Assembly: GCF_036321535.1 (NCBI RefSeq)
Contig: NC_087453.1
Location: 46,996,001-47,060,000, forward strand
Length of the DNA stretch: 64,000 nt
Direction: 5' to 3'
From: Camelus dromedarius
Taxonomy: Eukaryota
In this document: piece by piece, positions 38,840-51,624 of the stretch
How the letters are laid out: each line of letters starts with the position of its first letter
Numbering within the stretch: the stretch's first letter is position 1
The notes under the pieces: model-generated
Databases searched by the model: none
What the model saw: the letters and a program-made list of their open reading frames with translations, nothing else
Told to the model about the DNA's origin: nothing
Made by a program: the position numbers and the translations under genes

Positions 38840-40440
38840 AGTTATCATATGAAAATGTCCAGGTTTTAACAGAAAATCACCTGTCCTGCTAAGAGCGAGG
38901 ACAGTTTCAGCTTACACACGAGAAGAGGCAGTGAGCAGGCGCTCACGTAGAGATGACGCAGACGTCAAAATCATCGGATGGAGGCTGCAAGGCAGCCGTC
39001 ATGGAAATGTTACAACAAGCCATTATAAACCCACTTCAAGCAAATGAACACGCAGAAAGTCTCAGCAAACCTGAAGAAACTCGGCCAAGGAAGAGGAGCT
39101 ACAAAGAAACCAATGGAAATCTTAGAACTGAAAAGTGCAGTAACGGGGATGAGACCGCGTGAGGGGCCCCCCAGGGGAACGGCGGAACAGGGGTGAGAGT
39201 GACCTGACTGCAGAGAGAGCAATGGGGACCAGCCGCTCGGAGCCACAGTGAGGCCAGCACAAAAGGTCTAACCCAGCAAGCCCGGAAGGAGAGGAGAGAG
39301 AGGGCTGAAAACCTGAAGAAGCCATGGCTGAGGACCTCCCCACTGCGGCAAAGGGCCTCGACATGAGATTTGAGACACTGCTGGAATTCTAAATATGACT
39401 AAACCGAGAAAGTCCACACCCAGGCACGGGAGGGTCAGACTTCTGAAAATTAAAGACAAAGAAAAAAATCTTGAGAGCAGTGAGATAGAAAAGATGCCTT
39501 ATCACTGAGAAAAGAAGAAACCGAATTGGAGTGGCCACAGATCTCTCATCATAAACCGTGCGGGCCGGAAGTGGCATAACACTTTCCAGGTGCTGAAAGG
39601 AAAAAATAACTGCCTGCCCAGAGTCCTATGTCCACCTAAAATATCGTTTAGGAGCGAAGGGGAAATCAAGTCATTCTCAGGTGGAGGGAGACGAAGAGAA
39701 TTTGCCCCAGAAGCTCCGCCCACGAAGAATTGGTAAGAGCCCTCTAGATGGAGAGGGCACTGTGAAAGGAAGACTCGTAAAATGTCAGAAAGAAGACCCT
39801 TAAAAAGTAAAACTTTTAGTAAATGCAATAGATTTTCCTTCCTGTGAGTTTGTAGACTATGTTTGATGGTTAAGGCGAAGATCAGATCATTGATGTGGTT
39901 CCTGATGTATGTAGAAGAAACAGTTCAGACGCCCAGAAACAAGGGCAGACAAAGGGAGGGAAACGGTCACACGCCACTCAGACTGGTAGAACACTGAGCC
40001 CGTGGTCCGAGGCACACGCCCGTGATGGGACCTCCAGGCCGACAACGGGAAGGCTGTGCAGAGACACGCAGACACAGTGCAGACCCACAAAAACAAAACC
40101 CTGAAAAACGTTCAAGTAACTCACAGGTAGAATAAAGAAAACAGAAATAAAAAGCAGAGAGAACAGAAAACAAAGAGCAAAATGGACTTAAGCTCTGACG
40201 TGTTAATAATTCCATGAACGGCACATACAAACTGCGTGTAGACTGTCTAAACACACTGATTAACAGACAGACATTGACAGTGAATTTAAAAAGTGGCCCA
40301 ACTATGCACCATCAACAAGAAACTCCCTTCAAATATAATGGTGTAGGTAGGCTGAAGGTAAAAATATGAAAAAGTTACATTATGCAAACATTCATTGAAA
40401 GCAGGGTTAATATCCTGCTTTCTATATATTAATATACTAA
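38840..40440 (+). mobile_element. Old L1M 5'/ORF1 region remnant
   Basis: aaagacaaagaaaaaatcttgagagcag, ccacctaaaatatcgtttaggagcgaaggggaaatcaagtcattctcag are ORF1 C-terminal motifs; degraded. Confidence 0.6.
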
Positions 40441-40449
40441 TACTAGGAA

Positions 40450-42375
40450 TGGGTTGCATTTCTATCCACTAACAAGGACATATCAGAAAAAGAAATTAAG
40501 AAAACAATCTCACTTACCATCACATCAAAAAGAATTAAATACTTAGGAATAAATCTACCTAAGTCGGCAAAAGACCTGTACTCTGAAAACTGTAAGACAC
40601 TGATGAAAGAAATTGAAGACGACATAAACAGATGGAAACATACACCGTGCTCTAGGACTGGAAGAATCAATATTGCTAAAATGGCCACACTATCCAAGGC
40701 AATGGACAGACTCAGTGCAGTCCCTGTCAAACTACCAGTGGCATTGTTTACAGAACCTAAACAAAAAATTGTTAAATTTGCGTGGAAATACAGAAGAATC
40801 CAAGTAGCCAAGACAGTCTTGAGAAAGCATGGAGCTGGAGGAATCACCCTCCCTGACTTCAGACTGTGCTGCAAAGATGCAGTGATCAAAACAACATGGT
40901 GCTGGCACAAGCACAGGCCCACAGGTCCACGGAACAGCATAGAAAGACCAGAAGTAAGCCTGTGCACTTTGGTTAACTGATCTCTGACAAAGGAGGTAAG
41001 AACAACAATGGGGAAAAGACAGTCTCTTCGGTAAGTGGCGCTGGGAAAACTGGGCAGCTGCCTGTAAAAGACTGAAATGAGAACATTCTCTAGCACCATA
41101 TGCAAAAATAAACTCAAAATGGATTAAAGACTTAGATGTAAAACCAGATACTATAAAACTCCTAGAGGAAAACATATGTAGAACACACTTTGATGTAAAT
41201 CACAGCAATACTTTTTCCCATCTGTCTNNNNNNNNNNNNNNNNNNNNNNNNNNNNNNNNNNNNNNNNNNNNNNNNNNNNNNNNNNNNNNNNNNNNNNNNN
41301 NNNNNNNNNNNNNNNNNNNNNNNNNNNNNNNNNNNNNNNNNNNNNNNNNNNNNNNNNNNNNNNCAACCAAGGGACTAATTTCCAAAATAAACAAACAGGT
41401 CACACAGCTTAATGTCAAAAAAAACCAAACAACCCAAACAAAAAATGGATANNNNNNNNNNNNNNNNNNNNNNNNNNNNNNNNNNNNNNNNNNNNNNNNN
41501 NNNNNNNNNNNNNNNNNNNNNNNNNNNNNNNNNNNNNNNNNNNNNNNNNNNNNNNNNNNNNNNNNNNNNNNNNNNNNNNNNNNNNNNNNNNNNNNNNNNN
41601 NNNNNNNNNNNNNNNNNNNNNNNNNNNNNNNNNNNNNNNNNNNNNNNNNTCCTTCACTGCTGGTGGGAATGTAGCTTGGTGCAGCCACTATGGAGGACAG
41701 CATGGAGATCCCTTAAAAAACTAAAAATAGACTTACCATGTGATCCAGCAATCCCACTTCTGGGCAAATATCTGGAGAAAACTATGATTCAAAANNNNNN
41801 NNNNNNNNNNNNNNNNNNNNNNNNNNNNNNNNNNNNNNNNNNNNNNNNNNNNNNNNNNNNNNNNNNNNNNNNNNNNNNNNNNNNNNNNNNNNNNNNNNNN
41901 NNNNNNNNNNNNNNNNNNNNNNNNNNNNNNNNNNNNNNNNNNNNNNNNNNNNNNNNNNNNNNNNNNNNNNNNNNNNNNNNNNNNNNNNNNNNNNNNNNNN
42001 NNNNNNNNGTGGAGTAAGTCAGACAGAGAAAAACAAATGTCAAGTGGCATCACTCATATGTGGAATCTAAAGTGATACAAGTGAACTTATATACAAGCCA
42101 GAAATTGGCTCACAGACATGAAAACAAATTATGGTCACCAAAGGGAAAATGATTTGGGGGAGGGATAAATCAGGAGTCTGACGTTAGCACATACACACTA
42201 CTATGTATAAAATAGATGAAAAACAAGGATTTACTGCACAGCAGTAATAACCTATAATGGAAAAGAATTTGCAAAAGAATATATGTATGTATATGGATAA
42301 CTGAATCACTTTGCTGTACACCTGAAACTAACACAACATTGTAAATCAATTATTACTTTTTTTTTTAAAAAAAAG
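40450..42375 (+). mobile_element. 5'-truncated cetartiodactyl LINE-1 (ORF2 C-terminal half and 3' UTR), interrupted by N gaps
   Basis: ORF 40603-40980 MKEIEDDINRWKHTPCSRTGRINIAKM...GGITLPDFRL is L1 ORF2; [13 protein letters not shown]; ends in a T/A run at about 42357-42372. Confidence 0.92.
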
Positions 42376-42469
42376 AGAAAGCAGGAGAAGCTGTATTAAA
42401 ATTGGATAAAGTTCATCTCGGAGCAAAGAATATCTCCAGTGATAAAGACGAACATTTTGATACATCCAC

Positions 42470-43145
42470 TCTGGGAAACAGTTTGCTAGTTTCTTTTTTA
42501 AAAAATCCTTAATTAAACTTTACCGTGTAACTCAGAAATGGCATTCCCGGACCTTTAACCTACAGAAAGGAAACTTAAGTCCACACACAAACCTCTACAT
42601 GCTTGTTCATAGAGGCTTCATTTGCAACAGCCTCAAACTTGAAAATGACAAGCACCCCTAGCAATGGGTGAACACTGAAGCCCTGGTGTGTGGTGCACTG
42701 TGGAATACTACTCAGCGGTCAAGAGGGACAAACTACTGATGCACGAAACAGCTTGCATGGATCCCAAGGGCACCCGACCAGTCTCAGGAGGCCACACGCT
42801 GTGTGATTCCATCTATGCAACGTGTTTGAATTGACAATTGGAAAGACAGCGAATAGACTGGAGGCTGCTGGGAGTCTGAGATGATGCAGGGAAGGGGCTG
42901 TGGCCTCAGGGAGCAGAGCATCTTCCAGGTGATGGAATAGTTCTGTGCCTTGATGGTGGTGGCAACTGCACAATTCTACACGTACAACAAAATGACACGC
43001 ACACACCATGTACCAGTGTCAATTTCCTGGTTGTGGTGTTTTTCTATAATTACAACGATGCAACCATGGAGGGGTCAGCTGAGAGGTACTGGAGGGTACA
43101 AGACACTTCCCGTGAATCTAGTTATTTCAAGATAAAAATTTTAAA
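42470..43145 (+). mobile_element. Old L1MB/MC 3' end
   Basis: gtttgctagtttct, acttaagtccacacacaaacc, gtgtgattccatctatgcaa, gatggaatagttctgt. Confidence 0.6.
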
Positions 43146-43432
43146 AATCCACTGCGCTGAGAAATCCAAGATCAGTGACTGCCTTCCCTTTGCTCTCCGC
43201 CCCCACCCTTACCTCCAGACGGAGTGGCCAGGACGCCGGAAGAGAGTCGCGTGGCTGGTGAGCATTAAACCGCACTGCCACGTGCAGCCGGTGTTCCTGC
43301 TGGCCACTGACGCTGGTTTGAATGTTTGCTTGGTGCTGGGCGCATGTCGGGCAACTTACGTGCATTACCCTCATTCACCGTTATCGCTGTGCTGGGAACA
43401 GGTGTCATCCAGCTGAAGATGAGGGAATTGTC

Positions 43433-43497
43433 GGGGGCGGCAGTAGCTCGGCCTGCACCGGGCCCTGGGCTCAATCCCCAGTACCTCTATTAAAATA
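43433..43497 (+). mobile_element. Short tRNA-derived SINE (camelid Vic-1-like), internally deleted
   Basis: gggggcggcagtagctc ... ccctgggctcaatccccagtacctc + attaaaataa; B-box-like ctgggctcaatcccc; resembles the recalled camelid SINE 3' end. Confidence 0.5.
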
Positions 43498-43499
43498 AG

Positions 43500-45360
43500 T
43501 AGAGGACCACGAGCTCGCCTCTCCTCTCGGCGACAACAGAACCACAACCGACTACTAAACAACCATCAAAAAAGACCGGAACCTGCAAGGAAGATCTGCA
43601 ACTGGAAACATAAAGAGGGAACCGCAGCAGGACAGTAGAAAGGGCGTGCTCACGATATAATTGGGCCCCATACCCTTCGGGTGGGTGACCCACAAACTGA
43701 AGATCTGTTAAATCACAGAGGCCCCCCCACAGGAGTGAGAGCTCTGAGCCCCCCGCCAGGCTCCCGAGCTCGGGTCCTGGCACTGGGAAGAGAAGGAGAC
43801 CCCAGGACATCTGGTTTTGAAGGCCAGGGGGCTTGGCTCTGGGAGCCTTACGGGACTGGGGGAAACGGAGACTCCATTCGCTTGGGAAGCGCACACGGTA
43901 ACTCACGTGCACCGGGTCCAAGGGCAGAGGCAGTGACTTCACAGGAACCTGGGCCAGGCCTGCCTGCTGGATCTGGAGGGTCTCTCCTGGGGACGTGGGG
44001 GACGGCTGTGGCTCACTCAGGGGACATAAAAGCTGGTGGCGGACATTCCAGGGGTGTTCCTCTACATGAGCTTTCCTGGAGGCTGACATCTCGATTGGAT
44101 CACCAGCACCAAGAACTAGCCCCACCTGACAGCCTGTAGGGAAGCCTCAGGCCAGACGACATACAGGCTGGGAACACAGCCCCACCCATCGGCAGACCTC
44201 CTGAGCCACAAAGGCCTCTAGACACAGCCCACCCACCAGAGGTCCAGGACCAAGCTTCACCCAGCAGTGGGCAGGCACCAGCTTCTCCTGCCAGGAACCC
44301 TGCATAAGCCTCTAGTCCAGCCTCATCCACCAGGGGCAGATAACAGAAATAAGAAAACAACAATCCCAAAGCCTGTGGAAGGAATCCACACACACATAGA
44401 GAGACAGACAATATGAGATGGCAAAGGAGTATCTCCCAGGCCAAGGCACAGGATAAAATCCCAGAAGAAGAAATAAGTGATGAGGAGATAGGCAATTTAT
44501 CTGAGAAAGAGTTTAAAGTAATGATGGCCAAGATGATCAGAGAACTCAAGAGGAGTATAGATGCACAAAGTGAAGCTTTTAGCAAAGAGTTGGAAAATAT
44601 AAAGAACATCCAAACAGAGGTGAAGAACAAAATCACTGAAATGAACAACCCACTAGAAGGAACCAAGATGAGACTAAATGAGGCAGAAGAACGGATCAGT
44701 GAGCCAGCAGACAGATTAGTGGAAATCACTACTGCAGAACAGAAAAAAGGGAAAAGAATAAAAAGGAATGAAGATAGTTTAAGAGAACCCTGGGACAACA
44801 TGAAGCACTCTAATATTCACATTATGGGGGTCCCTGGAAGAGAAGAGAAGAGAGAAAGGACCTGAGAAAATTTGGGGGGAGATAATCACTCAAAACTTCC
44901 CCAACTTGGGAAAGGACACAGTCACCCAGGTCCAGGAAGTGCAGAGAGTTCCACACAGGATCAACCCAGAGAGGGACACACCAAGGCACATGGTCATCAA
45001 ACTGACAATTAAGGATAAGGAGAAAATGTTAAAATTAGCGAGAGAAAAGCAACAAATAACATACAAGGCAACTCCCATAAGGTTATCAGTTGATTTCTCA
45101 GCGGAAACTCTGCAGGCCAGAAGGGAGCGCACGATATATTTAAAGTGATGCGAGGGGGAAACTTACAACCAAGAACACTGTGCAGCAAGGCTCTCTTTCA
45201 GACTTGAGGGAGAAATCAAAAGCTTCACAGATAAACAAAAGCTAAAAGATTCCAGCACCACCAAACCAGCTTTACAACAAATGTTCAAGGACCTTCTCTA
45301 GTCATCAAACCATAAGAAAAGAGAAAAGAAGAAAGAGAAAAAAGAGAGAGAGAGATCTAC
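43500..45360 (+). mobile_element. LINE-1 5' portion: 5' UTR, frameshifted ORF1 and start of the inter-ORF spacer
   Basis: ORF 44413-44865 (EEEIGNLSEKEFKVMMAKMIREL...EAEERISE...RNEDSLREPWDNMKHSNIHIMGVP) and 44906-45148 (RINPERDTPRHMVIKL...ITYKATPIRLSVDFSAETLQARR) are L1 ORF1p. Confidence 0.92.
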
Positions 45361-45890
45361 AAATATTGCTTTGTCAGTTTGGGGTCTTACGTGGTTCCTT
45401 ATAAATTTTGGAATTGTTTGTTCTAGTTCCGTGAGGAATGTTGCAAGTACTTTGATGGGGGTTGTGTTGGATCTGTGGGTTGCTTTGGGTGGTGTGGCCG
45501 TTTTGATAGTGTTGATTCTTCCAATCCAAGAGCACAAGAAATCTTTCCATTTCTTTGTGTCATTTCAGCTTTCAGAGTACAGGTAACCTCCTTGGTTAGG
45601 TTTATTTCTAGGTATTTGGTTGGTTTTGATGTAATGGAAATGTCTCTGCCAGTTTTAAAATTCTGGTTTTTGAAGTGAAAAAAAAGTGAATGAAGGGCCA
45701 CAAATGGCAAAGTAGCCTTCGTTCTTCTGGGTGAGCTGGATTCCATTCCGTATATATATACACACACACTGCATCTCCGTTGTCTATTCATCTGTTGATG
45801 TGCACTTGGGGTGCTTCCATATCTTGGCAATTATAAAGAATGTTGCTGTTAATAGTGGGGTGTATGTATCTTTTTTAATTAATTCTTATT
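45361..45890 (-). mobile_element. Inverted LINE-1 ORF2/3' fragments abutting the L1 5' portion
   Basis: ORF 45298-45537(-) MCSWIGRINTIK...KATHRSNTTPIK is L1 ORF2; second minus-strand piece at about 45740-45890. Confidence 0.8.
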
Positions 45891-45989
45891 TTGCGGTTGG
45901 CTTTATTCCTTTGATAACTATGTAAGTTTAAAAAGCTAAAGCTCTAAACGTTCTTGGAAACAATGAGCAGTACATATGTGTAAATTAAA

Positions 45990-46545
45990 AGATGTATGTG
46001 CGGTGAAACAAGAGATCTATCAAGCCATGAACGACCTGGAAGAGACTTAAAAGACACATTACTAAATGAAAGAAGCCAGACTGAAAAGTATACAAATTGT
46101 ACGATTCCAACCAAATGACATTCTGGAAAAGGCACAGCTTCAGAAACAATAAAAAGATCGTGGTTTCCAGGGGTTTGGGGAGGGGGAGGGAGGGAGGGAT
46201 GAACAGATGGAGCGCAAGGGATTTTTAGGGCAACGAAAGTATTCTGTATGGTACCGTAGTGGTGGCCACACGTCATTATGCATTTGTCAAAGCCCACAGA
46301 ATGTACAACAGCAAGAGTGAACCCTCGTGCAAACTATGGACTTCGGCTGGTGATAATGTGCCCATGTTGGCTCAGCGACTGAACCAGACACGCCACCCTG
46401 ACGAGGGACGTCGAGGGGAGGGGAGGATGTATGTGTGGGTGGGGAGGGCTGTGTGCGAACTCTCTGTATTTTCTGCTCAGTTCTGCTGTAAACCTGAAAC
46501 TGCTCTAAAAGAATAAAGTCTATTAAATAAATAAATAAACTTAAT
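45990..46545 (+). mobile_element. L1MB-like 3' end
   Basis: gattccaaccaaatgacattctggaaaaggca, tttgtcaaagcccacagaatgtacaaca, aaacctgaaactgctctaaaagaataaagtctattaa. Confidence 0.8.
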
Positions 46546-48003
46546 TACCACCTCCCCTAAAAAAAAGCTTTAAAAAAAGAATTAAAATTTTTTAAAAGAT
46601 GAGGAAACTGTAGGTTAGCATCTTCCCAGATAGTTGGTAGAGGGGATTCTCACCGGGGCCCCACCTGAAACAGGGTCTCAAGGACTCCAGAAGTTTGCTA
46701 GGGAGAGTCGAAGTCGAAAAAAATGGTTCTTTCAAAGCTCCAGCCTCCTCCAGCCAGTGGAGACCTGGGCGGAGACCGTCATCCCAGTTCACCTGTGCGG
46801 AGGGCGGCCCGTTGGTGTTCTGCCGGGCCCCCTCGCATCTCACCTTTCTGTGCACACCAGCCCGGGCTCCGCATGCCGACACCTGTGCCCCTCCCCTCTG
46901 GCTGCGCACTCTGCGCTCGGGCCACCCCAGGCCAGAGGTTCCAGGGAACTAGTGCCCCTAAGAGCTGTCCTGCAGCCAGTGACCGGCCAGGGCTGCGGGA
47001 TAAACGCCGGCTCCCTCTCCCTGCAGGTCGATGGATGCTGCATGCACGTGGGCGCGCGTTTTCCACAGCGTCTCCATGATATTAAACCCCAAGGCTTTAG
47101 CCTGAGCCCTTGGGCGGGACCTTGCTGGTCCCGCGTGAGGTGCGTGAGGACGGCTGTGACCCAGCAAACTGCTGGCAGCCGTCCGGAGAACAAGGAGGGG
47201 GTCGCGTGGGGACACGAGCCCGGCGATGCTGTCTTCAGTCCTGACTCGAGCTGTCAGGTGGGGGTTGCTGACTCCTCGCTGCCCAGGTGACACCCGTGGG
47301 CAGGGGCCCCTGTGACGTGGCGTGCCTGGTCCCTGTCCTCCATCCTCCCTCTGGAGGGAGTCCCCTCTCGGGTCTGCTGGGGAGAATGAACGGGGATTGC
47401 AGCCCACGTCCTCCTCCTTCCCGCAGGGGCCCACCTTGCCCTGGGCCCTCTGGGCGAGGAGTCCCTCTGGGAAGATACCTGCCCTGGCCCAGCGTGGCTG
47501 ATGCTGGGGGTGTGGGTCTAACTGTAGAGTTTGGGCTCAGAAAGTGCACGTGACGGCAAAAATGAGGCACAGCTCCCAGCCTGGCCCTTGTCAGTGACGA
47601 CGCCCTGCTCATCTCAGTTACTCACATCACGTCCCCTCGTTCCACACTTCAGGCAAAGGAGGTCCTTTGGGCCCCTCGGAGGTGCCGCCACAGGCGTCCG
47701 TGCCAGCACCCTCCGCTGCTCACTCAGGTAATCGGAGCGTCTTCCCTCCTCCTGCTTTTTCTCATCTTCTCCTTCTTATTTTAAAATCTAGAGGATCCCA
47801 CTCGATATGAGAACGAGGCTGAAATTCTGCTGTCGTTCAGGAACGGGCCATCAGACCAAGAATTACACCTGTCACCCCACTTGGACCCCAAAGCTGTGCT
47901 AGCCGGGAAGAACTCAGACCGTGTCATTATGAGCTGAAGAATTTGGGGGGCGGGGAGTGGAATCACAGACATTCAGAGCGCTAGGAGAAGAGGTTGACCA
48001 GCA

Positions 48004-48009
48004 TTTATT
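48004..48009 (-). terminator. CST11 polyadenylation signal AATAAA
   Basis: tttatt on the + strand, about 73 nt downstream of the CST11 stop. Confidence 0.7.
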
Positions 48010-48081
48010 TTCCACACGGAGCGCGGCAGTCGACGTCGGGTTCTTTCACACTCAGTGACTGCCGGATGTGCGCTGGGACCT

Positions 48082-48165
48082 CTAGCCATCGGTGCAGTTT
48101 TTGGTCAGAAGTTTATACTTTTCAAACCAGGGCAAAACAGACACTGAGAAGAAGCAATCGATTTT
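48082..48165 (-). CDS. CST11: CST11 coding exon 3 (total 137 aa)
   Basis: After a tttag acceptor: KIDCFFSVSVLPWFEKYKLLTKNCTDG*; PW motif and two Cys. Confidence 0.92.
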   Translation of the reverse strand, partial: KIDCFFSVSVLPWFEKYKLLTKNCTDG

Positions 48166-49707
48166 CTAAAAAACAAAACAAAATGTGAAAAAGATCTACC
48201 TGCAGGCTGAGAACTTTACAGGGGAAGGAAGCCGGAAACACCAGTGCCCTGTCTGCAGCCCCCCGTGGGGCCATCATTGTTTTGATTTCAGTGACTCGAT
48301 AGCTGCTCAACTCATCCCCCAAACGTCCTCCTGCTGCGGTTGGAAGTGGAGACTGGAAGCAAAGTGTCCCCCGCCCACACCCACCGTGGGGGCCACGGCC
48401 GCTTCTCCCCTTTTCCACCCCAGGTGGTCCCCACACACTTCCCGGGCGGGGCCCCTCCTCCCATCCTGGCCCCCCTTCCACCCGGTCCACCATCTTCCCT
48501 CTCCTCCTCCCGCCCTCCCGTCCTCCCAGCCTCACGCCCCCTTCCTCCCCTGCCCTGTTTCCTCCGAGGCCCCCTCCTCCCCGCCTCCCTCCCCTCCCAC
48601 AAGGGAGGGTCAGGCAACATATTTTGCACATTGTTGTCATTTCTCAGCGCGACTTCACTTTCCTTCTCTTGGTTGGAAAGCCCAGGGCTGCAGTGAAGAG
48701 GGGGCCGGGGAGGATGAAATGCTTACAGTTCCCCTAAAACAGAAGTCCGAGTGCTAACTTTGGCTTGATCTCTCACACCTATCAGCTTCTCTCATTATAC
48801 TCCACTGTTACCATCATGATCTCCAGGGAAGGACCAGGAAAGTCTAACTTGCTAGATTTTGGAGAATTCTCCACGTAGGTGGAGCTCACAGATGGACGTG
48901 TGTCTGTGCTGAGAACACAGAGACCTTTACAACCAGGGTGACCGTGGAATTTATGAGACAAACCAGGACACGGTGTAAGCAGGTGGGGACGCTGTTAACA
49001 ATGATGCTAAGAAGTTGGACACAAACCAGGACGCTCAGGACAGACATGCCCCTGACCCCCCTCTGTTAGCTCATCTGGGTAAAGAGAGGGCTTTGCAGGA
49101 CTGCTGGGACTTGGGACCTTCAAGGCCTCAAGAGCGAGGGCCCGCCGGACCATGCTGTCCCAGATGGCCGGGGTCCAGCTGGCCGCCCCGGATGTGGACA
49201 CACTGGGTGGGGGCGGTGGCCCCCGAGCCGGTCACGGGCCCGTGGATTTGCCCCCTCCCTCCCCCGCCCCAACACCCTTGAACTGTCTCTGAGCCCACTT
49301 CCCCATCCCTCCTCCTCGTCACTGGAAGAAAGGGGCAGAGGCCGCAGCCCAGCCCCTGTGAGACTGTCAGGCTGACGTCCAGATTTTCAGTGGGAGCTCT
49401 GGCGAGGTCCCCCGGCTGCTAAAATGGTATGACAGTCATTACTTCCTTCGACCTCAGAGTGTCCCCCCGCAGCTCAGTGACCTGGGCTCCCCCCTCCAGA
49501 CCCCTCAACTGCCCCGAAATCCTTCCAGCCATAAAGGCGCAGAGCCCGCCGGGCGGGGTCCTGGTCCCTCTCTCCGTCACTTCTCCGCCTCGAGAAAGGA
49601 GGTGCGAGGTGTGCGTTCTTCTCAAGCAAGCTGGGTACCTCCCCAGTACTCCCACCCCCCTCACCCCAAACCACAGGGGGAGCCATGCAGAGGGGCGTGG
49701 CCCGCAC

Positions 49708-49812
49708 CTTGTAGAGCTCCCCGTCCTGAAAGCTGCAGTTGTTGGCCTCCGACTTGAAGCAGACGGTCCTGCGCATCTCCACGTCGATGTGGTACTCCAT
49801 GTGGTCGGTCAG
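49708..49812 (-). CDS. CST11: CST11 coding exon 2
   Basis: 105 bp, LTDHMEYHIDVEMRRTVCFKSEANNCSFQDGELYK; ctgcag acceptor and GTGCG donor. Confidence 0.92.
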
Positions 49813-50286
49813 CTGCAGGAGCAAGGGGCAAGGAGATGAAGGGCCACCAGCCCTTCCCTGCAGGGCCGCCCTGGACAGACTGGGGCTCCTCCCTCCTCCT
49901 CTTGTCTGCTGCCCGTGCTGCCCTGTCCTCCGGGGAGAGCTCCCCAGAAGCCACCGCTCGGGCAAAGTCACCCTGGGGTGGCCTGCGTGATGCCCACTGC
50001 TGGCCCACGGCAGGGAGCAGGAGCCCCGCCAGCGTGGAAACAGCCTGAGCTGGGCACACGCGGCGGGGCCGGGCGCCCGGAAAGCAGGCACCGGGTGGCG
50101 GTGGGCAGCTGGGGCCCTCGGCTGTGCTGGGCCGGCCCTGGTCCTGCGCGTCCCCTGCGTCCATCTGCTCCAGGGAATTTCTGTTTCTCTTAAAACACCC
50201 GCTTCTGACTAAACGAGGCCAAGCTGACCGGCGCAGCCCCAGCCCGCGGCGCCCTGGCAGGGCTGGTGAGGGGAGGGGACACTGAC

Positions 50287-50511
50287 CTTCTGCACAACCT
50301 TGGGGACCCGCACGACCCGGAAGTTGTACTTGTCCTCACTCTTCTTGTTGAACTCCTTGGTCACGTAGTCCAGGGTGGTCACCACGACGGACGCCGACGC
50401 AGGCACCTCCCGGACACTGATGAAGGTCTTCCTTCTTGTTTGGTAGGTGAGGGCCACCAGAGCCCCCACGATGGCCAGCAGCAGTCGGGGGCCCTGCGGG
50501 GCTCTGGCCAT
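50287..50511 (-). CDS. CST11: CST11 (cystatin-11/CRES2) coding exon 1
   Basis: 225 bp, MARAPQGPRLLLAIVGALVALTYQTRRKTFISVREVPASASVVVTTLDYVTKEFNKKSEDKYNFRVVRVPKVVQK; resembles CST11 (LLLAI, YQ-R-KTF-SV, NK-S-DKY-FR); AAG|GTCAGT donor. Confidence 0.92.
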
Positions 50512-50583
50512 TGTCGCTGGGCGGGGGGCCTCTTCCTTGGGCTGCCAGAGCTGGTCAGTGTGCTGGCCGCTCTGCTCGGCCGG

Positions 50584-50589
50584 ATTTAA
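50584..50589 (-). promoter_or_regulatory. TATA-like TTAAAT upstream of CST11
   Basis: The only AT-rich island in a GC-rich stretch, about 73 nt upstream of the ATG; plausible spacing for a short 5' UTR. Confidence 0.45.
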
Positions 50590-51624
50590 GCCAGCCCGGG
50601 GCGGGGGGACACCTACGCTCCCCTCCCCGGTCCAGATCTGCATTCACACCTGCAGGGAAGGCGGGCAGACGGCAGCTGCAGGCTCAGCGCACCCACCACC
50701 TGCTCCGTCCCTCACAGCTGTCACACACGCATGCACCCCACCCCTCTCGGCTGCACACCCTCTCCCCTGCCCAGCATTTCTGGGTGGGAGCCAGGCTGGG
50801 GCTTCTGTCCACAAAGCTCGGCTCAGCCGGGGCCGTGGGAGGCCTGGCGCACGGGAAGGGACGGGGACGCGGGGGCGCGGGGGCGCAGGCAGCAGAGCGG
50901 GACGAGCTGGACGCCACCCCCTCCTGTGCCCCTGATGTTCCCGGGCTGTCCTTCCGATTGTGCCCTCCCCACCTCCCTGGCTGGCGGGACACAAGCTCAC
51001 CCACTACTCAGACCTGGGCGTCGTCTGCCTGCCCCCGTGGGAGGTGTCTGCCCCGCCCCGGAGATCTGTGCTCCCCAGAAAACGGAGGGTGGGCCCCGAA
51101 TGGGAACCTGCGGGTGTAGTCATGACGCTCTGTGTTCACGTCCCACCGTCCCTGAGGGTGGACCCTCTGTGGCACTGGGACAACGCTCAGCCTCAGTCCA
51201 GAATCCAGGTGTCCGTCTCTTCAGATGCTCGGAGCTTAGACGGTGTCTCGAGCTGCTCTTCTCCCTCCTGGGGCTGCGGGTGGGCAGCGGGGCAGACAGC
51301 TTCTCCTTCTGTCTCCCATCCATTCTCTGTCTGCTGCCTCCCCATCTCACCTCGTGGCTCCTAGGCCCCCTGGAGCCAGAAGAGGAGCCAGAAGAGGAAG
51401 AAGGAGAGGGACGGGGAGCTCTGGCCACAGAGCCCTGGGCCCTGCGAAGTCTGGAGCCGACTGCAGTGCGGGTCCCTCCCCAGCTCTCCCCCGGCCCCTG
51501 CGGGAGCCTGCCCTCTCCTGGCAGCTCGTTGGCGTCTTGCGGCTGTGGGAACAAGTTACCACGCGTGGTGGCTTCAAACAGAACATGTTTTGGGGTTTTT
51601 TTGTTTGTTTGGTTTTGATTTTTT

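Noticed and set aside
40603-45148. ORFs 40603-40980, 44413-44865 and 44906-45148 as host genes
   Set aside because: They are disrupted LINE-1 ORF2/ORF1 fragments.
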